Positions 49,207 to 61,506 of a stretch of DNA of 64,000 nt are shown here, piece after piece. The stretch is from the NCBI RefSeq assembly GCF_002105155.1, contig NW_019028988.1, positions 682,001-746,000 of the forward strand. Reading direction: 5' to 3'. The DNA comes from Lobosporangium transversale. Taxonomy: Eukaryota. Position 1 is the stretch's first letter. The number at the start of each line of letters is the position of its first letter. A program made the position numbers and the translations under genes. The notes beneath the pieces were generated by a model. It was not told where the DNA came from. It worked only from the letters and a program-made list of their open reading frames with translations, and made no database searches.

Positions 49207-52200
49207 ATGGGAGTTCCTGCTCTCTTCAGATGGTATATATTGGGCACAATTTCTCTATCAAGTAATCTTTGCTTGTCCTGATCAGATTTTATTTATTTGC
49301 TTTCCTAAAATATTTACATTTCTCTTATATTATAGGCTTGCTAACAAGTATCCAAAAATCACAACCAACGTTGTGGAGGAAGAGCCCAAGGAGATTAACG
49401 GTGTTACGATACCTATCGACATCACTCAACCAAATCCTAATGGAGATGAGAATGATTATCTATATCTGGATATGAACAACATTATCCATCCATGTTGTAA
49501 GCCAGAGGGGAAAGTAAGACAGTGTTCCGATCTCTGTATTGGACCAATACCACAGCTACATTTCTTTGATCTAAGAGGCATTAAGGAGTATATGTTATAG
49601 CTGACTAATCACGATATTGCTCTACGTTCTATTTGGCTTGTCTGTAGCCGCCACCAAGTAACGAAGAAGAGATGTTTGTTGCCATTTTTGCATATATCGA
49701 ACGCATTGTAAATATGGTTAGGCCCCGCAAGATGCTCTACATGGCCATCGGTAAGTCTTATCTTCATTCAACTAGTTTTGATCAATTTGTCGAATAGATT
49801 TGGCATCTAACATTTCATACTTTCGCTCATTAAATTGCGCTATCTTAGACGGCGTTGCCCCTCGGGCTAAAATGAACCAACAGCGCTCCAGACGTTTCAG
49901 AGCTGCACAGGAAGCAAAGGAGAAGGCTGCAAGTGAAGATGCTGCATGGGAAGAATTAACAGGTATAGATTTACTTGCATTGTAAACCTTTGTCTTCATT
50001 AGTTGACTGTCGTATGAAATTAAATTATATTTACTAACACAGAGCTGTTTTCATTTATAACTCCTAGCTGAACTCAAAGCCCAGCGTCCTGAACACGATA
50101 CTCAACAGAAATTTGATTCTAACTGTATTACGCCTGGAACGCCATTCATGGTCAACTTGGGTAAAGCCTTACGGTTCTGGGTTGCTAAAAAACTTAATGA
50201 TGATCCCGGTTGGATGAATTTTAAGGTTATCCTTTCAGATGGCAGTGTTCCTGGGGAAGGAGAACACAAGATGATGAATTTCATTCGCTCACAGCGAGCA
50301 GCACCTCATCATAACCCTAATACTAGTCATGTTATCTATGGATTGGTAAGCCATTGCAGCAGCTTTATTTGTTTTTTTGTTTTTATTCCTATCTATGACT
50401 ACTGTACTGACGTTTTCTTCTTTTTTTTTCTTGTTAAAAAAAATAAAATAGGATGCTGATTTAATCATGTTGGCATTAGGAACTCATGAGCCTTACTTCA
50501 AAGTTCTTCGAGAAGATGTATTTTTCCAGGAGGGCAGCTCAAAGAATAAATGCTTTCTTTGTAATCAGACAGGTCACCAGGCAGCACAATGCCAGGGCAA
50601 GGCCAAGGTCAAGTCGGGTGATTTCGATGAAAAAGCACCTGCAACAGTGAAGCCTTATATTTACCTGAATGTTAGCATTCTGCGTGAGTATCTCGAAATT
50701 GAGCTCAAAATTGATAATCTTCCCTTTGAATGGGATATTGAGAAGGCGATTGATGACTGGGTGTTCTTGTGTTTCTTTGTCGGAAATGATTTCTTACCCC
50801 ACCTTCCATCACTGGAGACACGAGAAGGTGCCATTGATATCTTAATTGAAATTTGGAAGCAGGTTCTTCCTCTGATGGGTGGATACGTGACACGAAGTGG
50901 AGATGTTGACTTGAAGCGTGCACAGCTCTTGATGACTGAGCTAGGTAAGAAGGAAGACGGGATCTTCCAGGAGCGTCGAGAGAAAGAGGAACGAAGAATG
51001 AAGAACAACAAGCGTAGGAAAATTGAGGATGAGGCTAGAGACCTCTATTCATCGAAGGAAGGAGGAACTGCCCTTTCTCAAACGCCAGTCTGGAACATGC
51101 CAGCTGTTGCTGTCAAAGGGCTAAGCAACAAAGCAGAGGCTGAAAAAGAAGTTGCTGCTTTGAACAAGATGATCATGGAAGAGAAAGTCCGAATTAGGAC
51201 GGCTGCAAACCACGCAGCAGCAGCTCTTTTAAAGGCAGAGCTTGCACAGCAAGAAACAGCCTCTGAAGACACTGGGGACATTGCTGAGGAAGGCAAGAAG
51301 GCGAATGAAACAGAATCAGTAGAAAATTCAGAAAAGGAGCCGACTGATATGGCTGCTGAAGTTACTTCAGAAAATGTTCCAAAGGATATTACAATGACAG
51401 AGTCGAATTCACTGAAGCGAAAGATAGATGAAGTCGAGGGCGATAAGGATGATGAAGAGTCCATTTCAGACGAAGATGATGATACTGAAGCCGCTGCTAC
51501 ACCCACACCCATTCCTCCAACAATCGCTAAGAGAAAAATTACCGATGACGAAGAACCGGAGGACAATGTCAGACTTTGGGAACCCGACTATAAAGAACGC
51601 TATTATCGCAATAAGTTTCACATTGAGCTTTCCGATACTGAAGCCCGCAGAGCGTAAGAGGAACTTAAGAAATAAGTAAACTACAAATCGGGCATTAAGC
51701 TTGAAGCCTTCACTGACTACACCTTTTATCATTATTGTTATAATCATAGGATTGTCAAGAGTTATATTGAAGGATGCTGTTGGGTCATGAAATACTACAT
51801 GCAAGGCTGCCCGTCCTGGCAATGGTATTATCCATACCATTACTCCCCCTTCGCTTCCGATTTTGTCGATATTGGCGATATTGAGATCAATTTTGATCTT
51901 GGCCAACCATTTCAGCCAATTGAGCAGCTGATGGGAGTTTTGCCTGCTGCGAGTAAACAACACATCCCCCTTGCGTTCCAACCCCTGATGTACGAGGAGG
52001 ATTCGCCTATTATCGACTTTTATCCCGAAAACTTCGAACTCGACTTGAATGGCAAAAAGTTTGCATGGCAAGGTGTGGCACTGCTTCCTTTCTTAGACCC
52101 TAAGCGGTTACTTGACTCTATGGCACCACTGTACCCAAAACTTACAGAAGAAGAACTTGAACGCAATAAGTTTGGCAAGGAGTTGCTCTTTGTCAGTGAG

Positions 52201-53394
52201 AAGAGCAAGCTTTATGACGTTTTGTGCGATAAGCTTTATAGCTCTCGTAGCGAGGGCGAAGTCTATTATCTAGACTACAAGAAGAGTGGGCGTTTATTGG
52301 GCAATGTGTCTCGAGATCCGCAATGTATTCCCCGGAGCTCGTTCCCTTCACCTTTAGTGGACTATGGGCTTGAGGACATTCCCGTCGACACTTCCATCAG
52401 CGTTATTTTCTCTAATCCACCACTTCCTGAAGGTTTTGTTCATCAGGCTGTCATGCTCAAGGGCGTCAACCCTCCTAAGCGCGTCCTGTCACCAGACGAT
52501 ATTCAGTGGATAAAGAACGGTGGAGGGACGCAGCGGGGAGGACGCTATGGTGGCAGAGGTGGCCGTGGAGGTCGTGGGGGCTTCAATAATTTTGGAAATC
52601 GAGGACAGAACAATGCATATCAGGGTAGTTTTGATCGTAATACCAGAGGAGGGGCGAACTTTCGAGGTGGCCGAGGCGGTTTTACCCCTGAGAACCGTGG
52701 TCCGGCGGATAGGACCTATCCTGGCCAGAGCTACGACCGCGCATATCCTCAGCAGCCTCAACAGCCTCAGTATGGCGGTGGGTCGGGGTATGACGCATAT
52801 AATGGTGGCGCTATTAACGATGGCTCCCGTTTTCCCAAGCCTGATCCTTACTATGGTTATGATTCAAGACCTGGAAACACTAACTATAGAGGCGGGGGTC
52901 GTGGTGGCAGAGGCGGGTATGGCGATCGAGGAGGCTCTCCTGGTAGAGGTGGATATGGTGACCGAGGAAGCTCTCCTGGTCGAGGTGGCTTTTCTGGTCG
53001 AGGGGGGTATGGAGGCAATAATTTTGGAAACCTAGGGCAAAACAATGTATATCAGGGTGGTTTTGATCGTAATACCAGAGGAGGGGCGAGCTTTCGAGGT
53101 GGCCGAGGCGGTTTTACCCCTGAGAACCGTGGTCCGGCGGATAGGACCTATCCTGGCCAGAGCTACGACCGCGCATATCCTCAGCAGCCTCAACAGCCTC
53201 ACTATGGCGGTGGGTCGGGGTATGACGCATATAATGGTGGCGCTATTAACGATGGCTCTCGTTTCTCCAACCCCTATCCTTACTATGGTTACGATCCAAG
53301 ACCTGGAAACACTAACTATAGAGGCGGGGGTCGTGGTGGCAGAGGCGGGTATGGCGATCGAGGAGGCTCTCCTGGTAGAGGTGGATACTGGTGA
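49207..53394 (+). CDS. XRN2: 5'-3' exoribonuclease 2 (Rat1/Dhp1/XRN2) with zinc knuckle and duplicated RGG-rich tail
   Basis: [94 protein letters not shown]. Confidence 0.96.
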
Positions 53395-53450
53395 CCTAGG
53401 GAGCTCTTCCAGTCGAGGCGCCTTTTCTAGTTGAGGAAGATATGGGGGAG
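52585..53450 (+). repeat. Two tandem copies of a 432-bp (144-codon) RGG/Tyr-rich unit (starts 52585 and 53017)
   Basis: Long stretches identical between copies (e.g. GGCCGAGGCGGTTTTACCCCTGAGAACCGTGG at 52669 and 53101); period 432. Confidence 0.95.
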
Positions 53451-54155
53451 GTGGGCAGCGCCCGCAAGGCTATGGAAGACAAAGTAGCCATAACAAAGCA
53501 AGCGGGGGCGAAAACGATGGCGAAGGATCCTATAATCAAAGGTTCTTTCAAGAATGTTTCAGTAATAGTAAGGTTAGCTTTAGTCTAACACAAGATTTCA
53601 TGTTGATATAAATATTTGTCAAGTGGCATTTCTGATTTGAAGCAAGTGGGAGAGCCCTTGAAGCTGTGCCTTCATATCTCTCTTTCTCTCTTAGTTGCTG
53701 GTAACACGTGTTCATCGTATGGAGAGCTATTAGGCCTCAGTCTAAATCTTTAAAATAAAGTTAATGGTATGATAAATAAATAATTTCAGTTACCTCCTGT
53801 ATAAATGCCAGGGAAGAAAGCGTACGAGATTGATTCTTTGTTGATGATTTGCAGCCGCCAGAGTCTCGAAGCAATTTTACGCCTGTCTCCTTTCGGTATT
53901 TTGTCGGCTGCGTGTCCTAGATCTTCATTCTCTCCACAAAAAGCCAACCCATCCTGCCTGTGAACAACTACTCTTCTTAAGGATACGGATGCCTTTTCTA
54001 CTCTCTCTTTCCGCATAGCGACTTTTTGTTCGCTCCATATATTCCACATGCTGTCCTTTAATAATACTTTTTTCCTTCTCATGGTCACCATTGTATAATA
54101 TAAAAGTCAACTGCTATACATAAAATTCTATTTATTTGTATCATTGATACTAGGT

Positions 54156-54495
54156 CTATTGTTCTCTTTTGTATCTCAGCTCAGTGGTCCAGACAACAGG
54201 TGCAGTGGTTTCGATGGTAATCTTGGTACTCACCAATGCATTCGAAGTGCTGACTTTTGTTCCGAAAGATGATTTCCAATTTTCTAGCAAACAAGCACAC
54301 AAAAAAAATCAGATAAGGTTGAATATGGATGGCAAGCAATCAACAATACATAAATTATGCCTTACTAATGTCCCACTTAAGTCCGATTGTGGTCAGAGTG
54401 GCTTCAGAAGAACCGACTGGAATTATGCCACATGTTGGCCCTTCAATATCTAAGTTGCAAGTAATCTCGTGCTTGCCCTAGAATTATTGATATTG

Positions 54496-54530
<35 letters not shown>

Positions 54531-55553
54531 TCAGAAGCGCACTTTCTTTCCCTTGTCCGATGATTTGATCATACACAGATCATAAGTCGACTTACAGTGC
54601 CAAGAACTACAATAATACTCTCATCCGATAGTAGGGTGGCGTGTCTCTCTCGGTTGAGGACATATAAATGGTGGATCGATGACATGGACTGATCAAACCG
54701 TCCACCTGTTCCTCCAAGTGCAACCACTCCTAAATTACCACCTAACTCTTCTGTATCTTGTTTTATTTGTGAATCGGCAAAGGACGATGATTTGTTGTCT
54801 CGTTCACGAACAAGCTCCACACACTTCATGAAATCCGTCGATTCCTCATCGCCATTTTGTTCCACCGGAACACCCTATTGAGAATTCAAAAAAAAGGGGG
54901 GAGGCAAAGACAAAAATATTCGTAAGGCAAGCGATTCATTCGTTCGGACTAATTTCCATCGCTAAGTTACTAGTGCTGAAATGTATTGCCATTACCTTCG
55001 ATTCATAATATTCTTTGACTGAATCACGTAAGGAGTCTAAATCACCACGGATATAATCAGGCAGGAATCTAGAAAAAAAAAAAATCCTAATCAATTGCTA
55101 GACCTACTGATAGAATGTAAAGGACTCTCTCCAAAGACATAAAAATCCTTTACTTTATACGCTCCTCTTCCGTTTCCAACAAATCGTACAGTCGATTTCC
55201 TCCGCCATCTGCACAAAACCTGTATGTTGCTTTTTTTTTTATTTGTTTATTTAAGATGTTATTAGATTCATTTTATACATTAATATATAAATCTTTCTTT
55301 CTCCTGTTTCGTGGTACTTGTTTGCAGCCTTGCTATTGCTGTTATTGTTGTAATTATTGGTTGTCCTGCAATTGCCTTTTTTTTAAAATGTGTATTTACC
55401 ATTATTCCAGACATTCTCAAAAAGCTTGCGCTGAATGAGAATCGGTTGATTCAGAATGATAAGAGCAAACTTGTTTCGTCCCGTCTTTTCAGAGAGAAAC
55501 TTGCTCCTGTATACCTCTGGGTCCTCAAGACACTTGCTGGGATGCCAATTCAT
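54156..55553 (-). CDS. THI80: Thiamine pyrophosphokinase, 6 exons
   Basis: ALIILNQP, FCADGGGNRLYD, LPDYIRGDLDS, STDFMKC, GGTGGRFDQ, EGPTCGIIP, TIGLKWDI, VSTSN. Confidence 0.93.
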
Positions 55554-56001
55554 GTTTCTTTTGAATGAAGATAAAATGAGTAAGAAAAGAAACTTGGTGA
55601 CGTGACGAAGTATTTTCAAGCCTATTACATGTAGAATAAAAGTTTAATTCCATTTACTGACCTGGCTTGTTACAATTAAGAAGTCAACAGAAGTATATAT
55701 CATTGTTTATTTGTCATTCATACTTTTATTATCATTATTTTCTCGATTTAAGAAAAGAGGAATGAAGGACAAAATATTATGATGGATTGGATTTTGAGAC
55801 ACATGAATCATTACACATGAATTAAGGTATATTGCTATGAACGCAGAAAAGTCATAAACGCGGCTTACTTTTTTGGGTTTTTGAACGCTCCAAAAGCCTG
55901 CCGCTTGGATCTCAATAGAAATAAAACGTATGATGAATGAGAGTTGCGAGTACAGAGATAGAACAATAGGGAAAGATGTAGATGGTAGAACAGAAAATTA
56001 T

Positions 56002-59000
56002 TTAAGCATTAGGAGCAGCGTGCCCCTCCTCCAATGCGATCCTGTTCGCCATTGCCTTGATCCATGTCTCAACATTCTCAAGCGTGGCCTCCTTGGGGAA
56101 AGCCTCGAGGATGTCTAGCTGGCGCTTGCTAATAATGGGGATACGGGGATCCGACTCCGGATTTTTTGTAGGCTCGGGCTCCGCGGTCTTATCAATTTTG
56201 GTCTCAGTAGGAGGCTCCGTGACCTTGGTAGGCTTTGGTTCTGGCTCTGGCTTCTCAGTCTGCGATGGAGCTCCAGAGGTAGGCAGAGTAGGCTCGCCTT
56301 TCGTCGTCGTCTGCGTTGGAGCTTCAGCCGCTGTGGTGGTAGTTGTCGCTGTATCGCCACCCGGCAAGTTGCCCTTTGGCACTTCTCCGTTGATCTTGAC
56401 ATTGATTATAGTATCAGGTTGGGTGTACTGGACATTACCCTCATATCCACTCGATCCGCCTACAAGAGCCACGATGGTTGACTCAATAGTGAAGGGCACA
56501 TCTGCAGCTTTACCAACGAGCAGCTGAGGATACCTTACCATGAACGGGGCAAGTGTATCAACAGCAAATCCGAGGCCTGAAGGCGAAACCATGGTCAAGG
56601 TAGGCGAACGGACTGTCGCTTTGGCGGGAATGGTCATGCCTACTTCTTCATTGACCTCACCAAAGGTCTTACCTTCCCAAGTCGTGATGGCCTTCATGCT
56701 CTTGATGTACAATGGAGCATCAAAAGGATTGTAGATCATAACCTGGACAGGAGTTTTGCGGGGGGTAAAAGGCTGAAGCATGTTGCCTATATCTGGCTGG
56801 GAAGTACTTCCAGGAGCGATAAGCTTGTCAGTGATACCCTTGATGGTCGACAACATTTTGACAGAAGCCATAGCATCCTTGAGTGACTCTACTTTAGTGG
56901 ATTCGGCTGAGCCTGCAATGTCCAATTGGAATGTTGCGCCCGAAACGAACCCACTCAAGAATCCATCACGGACTTGAGCGTTGGATGGTTGCAGCTGGAA
57001 GACAGCTGGCAGAGTATTGAGGCCGGGAGCTAAGGCCATATCCTTTACAACTGCACGGCCCATATTGTTACCAGAGTAGGAGATATCAAAGCTGACATCA
57101 CCAACTTTGACCGTCAACCCTGAGGGATTCTGAAGGACGACATTCTGATTGATCTCGAGGTATTGAGATGTGCCGCCAGTGACTCGAATGTCAGTGATCT
57201 GCGCGCCACCAGTGTTCAAGTCCATACCTGCTAAGGATGAGGCTACGTTAACACTCACACCGGGGATCTTGACTTGGCCAGCAGCAGTCTCGGCAACAGT
57301 GTCGGCAGTACCCTCCAAGAAGAACTGGATTCCAGGCCCTGTCGTCAAGACTTTAGAAAAGCTATTGAACGCCTCATGTGCATCATCATTGACAACCAAG
57401 GGCTGGTTCTCATAGGCGGTTCGGAGGAGACCAGGTGAAACTGTCTGAGCGGCTCCAAGAGGGAGCTTCAAGTTTGCAACGTTTCTGCCCTTGGGCAGCT
57501 GAATGTTCACATCTTCAGCAACCTGGGTAATGCTCAGAGGGAAAGAGAAGGGGATCTTGAATGTAGCCTCAATGTTGTCCGAAGAGGTCATCACTCGGTA
57601 TGGGTTACCACCAGTGAAGTCCAAAGTCATAGTTTTGAGCGTAATTCCTGTAATAATATCCTGTTTGCCTAGGCTTGGAAGAGTGACATTCATTGTCAAG
57701 GACGAAAAAGCCGAGCTCAGCCATGAGACAGGACCACTGGCAGGCGTGACAGATTTGCCCTTGACAATCAAGTTGGGAGCCCCACCGTTCAAAGCCAAAC
57801 GGAACAAATCGCCAAGCGCGTTAAGGCCGGCTTCAGAGGTCTGTTTGGTCAAGGTACCCTCCATAGCAATAGGTGTAAGAGCATCAGGCAAGAGTTTGAG
57901 ACCAGAAGTCTGAACAAAACCGATTTCCTGACCCTGGAAGATGTTCTCGAAGACAACAGTACCCATCTCAATACCGACGTTTGAGGGGTTAGGAAGCGTG
58001 GCTTGGAGGACCAAATGGATACCATTGGGGTCATTAGAGGGAAGATCATATTTCTGAATCTCCAAGCCCTGGAGACCATTGAAGCCCTTAAGGGTTACAG
58101 TCTTCTTCATGTTGATATTGGGAATAGGCGCGCCCATGGCAGTGACAGTCATGTTGTTAGCAACAACAGACCACTCGAAGGATTCGGCTTTCAAAGAGTA
58201 GCTGACAAAATTACCCATGTTATCAGCACTAGCAACGCGGAAGGGGACATTAGTCAACGCAAGCTTAGCTCCCACATCAGCCTTTGCGGAGACAGTGGGC
58301 ATAGCAATCTGACCAATAGGAGACTCGGCTCCGTTGTTCAACCAGGCGACCGAAGATCCACTTGGGAAAGAAATCTCAGAATCAAAGGGTCCGGCATTAG
58401 CAATAAGGCCGTTAATATTAGTCGTGAAATCAGTCTCTGCAGGGCTGTTGATCATGACGCTGGTAAAGCTGAGCGTAGCCTGATCGACGATAGCTTGAGC
58501 AATAGGGGTTCCAACAATGGGGAGAAGCTTCATGATAGTGTCGTCGGTAAGGGTTGGGACGCCATTTTGAGTCAAGGTGAGCGAAGTTGGATATTCGCCG
58601 ACCATCACATCGACTGTCATGGAAACATCGACCTTGAGGCCAGCCATAGCAGCCTTGACGAATGTGGGCAGGTTAAAGCCAGCGAAGACAGATGATGAGA
58701 CCTTGAGAGTGGGATCCTTTGCCATTTTGCCCAATGTGATAATAGGTTCTGCGTTCAGGTTATTGGCGTTGGCCTGATCAATCATCAAACTGAGTAACGA
58801 GTCGATCGAGAGATCCATGGATAATGGAAGGGGCTGGGAAGCCTGTTGGGTCATACCGGGGACTTGGATAGTGGTTGAAGGCAGATCTATGGCTCCAAGA
58901 TTGCGGCCTTTATACTGGACCGTCGACTTGATTGATTTAATAGTCAAACCTGGAACAAATGGGTTATTGATGGTAACGGTAGCCATAGCGATACCAGTCT

Positions 59001-61506
59001 TGCCAGTGTCATCGAGAATAGTCAACGCAGTGCTCAAGAGCAGCTGAGCTGGATTTCCTGGCATAGTAGACTGAAGCTGCACATCTTTCAGACCAGCTGC
59101 GAGGGGGCCGATGGCAGACGATGAACTTGAACCAAAAATGTCGACAACGCCAGGCTGGTTCGACATGTACTTCTGCAATAAGGCCTGGCCCCCTTGTGTG
59201 CCAGTGGGAGTAAACAGAGCGCCAGCAGTGCGGAGATTCTGGCCCGGGACCAGGCTCAAGCTGGGGAAGATGACAGTTCCAACGTTGTCGCCCTCGTACT
59301 GCATAGCGAACGTGACGACAGCGCTATCGCCGACACCAGTATCGATGGATAGTAGGCTAGGATTGACCATTGTCAAATTCAGAGCAATTTGGAGACCTTC
59401 GGGGACACCGCCAATGACTGTCAGACTGTTGATAACAGTGGGCTCGGTCTTCAGACCTTGAAGACCGGTCAAAGAGACATCAGACTTGAAAGGGATACCC
59501 ATGATGCGAACTTCACCGATAGGCGTCATAGCGATAGTGCCAGCAAAACCAGAGACAGTGAAAGCTTCACCTGATCCGATAGTCAACTTGTTAACAAAGG
59601 TGTCAAAGTCACCGTGGGCATCAGCCTCAATAGCAAAAGGAGTAGGGGGAAGTGCAAAGTTAATGGCAGTGCCATTTGCATCCTTCGTGGTTGTAGCGGG
59701 GCCCCATTGAGCCGAGTTTAGGGTGGCTAGATTCTTATTGTTATAGATGACAGTCATGTTGTTCTGGACCTGAGTGACATTCAAAGAGAAGCCGAAAGGC
59801 ATTTCAAACCCAGCGACAACCCCTGGAGAGTTGGCCAATGGCGCGTACGCATCAGTATTGGTCCAGTTCATACCCATAGGTCCAAGAGAGATGGACTTGA
59901 TAATGTTCAATGGAGCAGGGGTGCTAAGTGGGACCTTGAGCGTCATGGACTTAAGGCCAACTGAGAGCCAACTGACTTCATTGACCCCATCCGGTAGAAC
60001 CGAGACACCTTTAGCCGAAGTTAGAGAGGTCTGACCAGCAATGTAGGCAGAAAACAGCGAGCTATCAACACAAGATGGCAATGGATCAATCCATCATTAA
60101 TACGATATATAAATATGGGAATGCCAGTGCATATTAGCTATAAATAAATGTGAAAAAATAAAGTACCTAACAGTTGCAAGGCCCTCGGGCGTTGTCTGGG
60201 GAATCATGACACCAGTCAGGTTGAGTACAGACTCACTACGGCCAAGCAAGTTGGCATTAGTGGCCTTGACTTGACCAAGCTGCGTACCATTGTAGGAAAT
60301 ATCGAGGACAATGGTTCCAAGCATAACTCCGATGGGAGAGGGGTTATTCATGGCTGTGTCAATAACCAGATTGATACCCTGCCCAGGCGCTGCATCTGAA
60401 GGAAGATCAAATTTGAGGATCTTGACGTCTGGGAAGCCGCCCATGCCTATAGTACATGTATATGAAATAAACCATAAAGGTTCATATGACCGAGTGTAAA
60501 GGATTTCGTAAAGGTGAGAGATGGTCCTCATGGCCCATAATGTCCTTGAACTCTATTGTGTGCAAGACGCATGGATTTGACTTGCATCCTTGCTAATAGA
60601 TGACTTACCATTAAGTTCAAGAGCCTTATCCAAGTTGAGGTTGCTTACGGTGCGGCCAAGGGCTACAATAGTGACCTTCGACTTGAGAACCCATGTGAAT
60701 GTTGGTTGGTTCAACTGTAAAGAAATTGATAGGAGAGTAACAAGGAGTAACGAAGAATGACATGTCAGCATATGTTTGTGAATGTGTATAATTACAATAT
60801 TGCGGAAATAAACCAAAGGGCTTATGTGATGCAGGGGTCAAGGTGTGACAAAGGTTTACGATTGGTTTGCTACCGGTGGTTAAATTATAGGACATGATCG
60901 ATGAATGAAATGAAAGGGGGGTGACAAAAATTCACGACATTAATTGAGCCGCTGGTGGATAAATAGAGGAGTAGAAGATCAGTGGGCCCGATCAATTCTT
61001 ACCATATCGGCAGAGAAACTTCCGAAGGCAGCTTCATCGTTGATATTGAAAGCAGCCTGAGCTTGCAGTGTTCCTTTACCACCACTGGCCTTAGTGTCAG
61101 GAAGATTCATAGAGCCAAGCATAACGTCGTTGTAGTACACCTGAATGGGTTCCGGGAATTTGATAGTGGCTGAGAAGGGACCAGTATTACCGAGAACACC
61201 ATCCATTGTCATGTCCATCGATTGATTCGTGGGATTTGTAATTTGAATGCTGTTAAAAGACATAGTCGAGTGATTCAGAATGACCTGAGCAATCTTTGGC
61301 AAAATGACAAAGAGAGCTATGGGTACTGCCACGGCCACGGTGATCACCGTTATGATGGCGCAGAAGATCCAGTACTTGCGACGTTTATAGAAGGGACGAG
61401 TAGTCGGTTTAGTGACCTCGTCGTACTCCTCAAATTCATGGTAGTCTTCTTCGCTCTCATCATAGGGTAAATTATTTAAATGGGACGTCTCTTTTGTTTC
61501 GGCCAT
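56002..61506 (-). CDS. Large (~1650 aa) type II membrane protein with repeated DUF3712/LEA2-like modules; exons ~61506-61003, 60714-60609, 60446-60167, 60061-56002
   Basis: Short acidic N-terminus, RPFYKRRKYW plus one TM helix, repeated modules (NPS.+.+.+G, SWLS..L..L.+.V.L, F.+PF.F.L.+TQ) and a Thr/Pro/Glu-rich C-terminal linker. Confidence 0.85.

Noticed and set aside
52520..53434. Duplicated alternative-frame ORFs (171 and 129 aa)
   Set aside because: By-products of the GC-rich RGG tandem duplication in XRN2.
53786..54110. 101-aa minus-strand ORF between XRN2 and TPK
   Set aside because: No recognisable motif, non-ATG start; may be a relic but unsupported.
53600..55700. TPP riboswitch near the thiamine pyrophosphokinase gene
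   Set aside because: I saw no CTGAGA...TGATC..G.TAAT.CCAGCG-type core in the introns or flanks on the sense strand.
56057..60499. Many plus-strand ORFs of 60-230 aa
   Set aside because: Antisense shadows of the codon-biased DUF3712 gene; no independent motifs.
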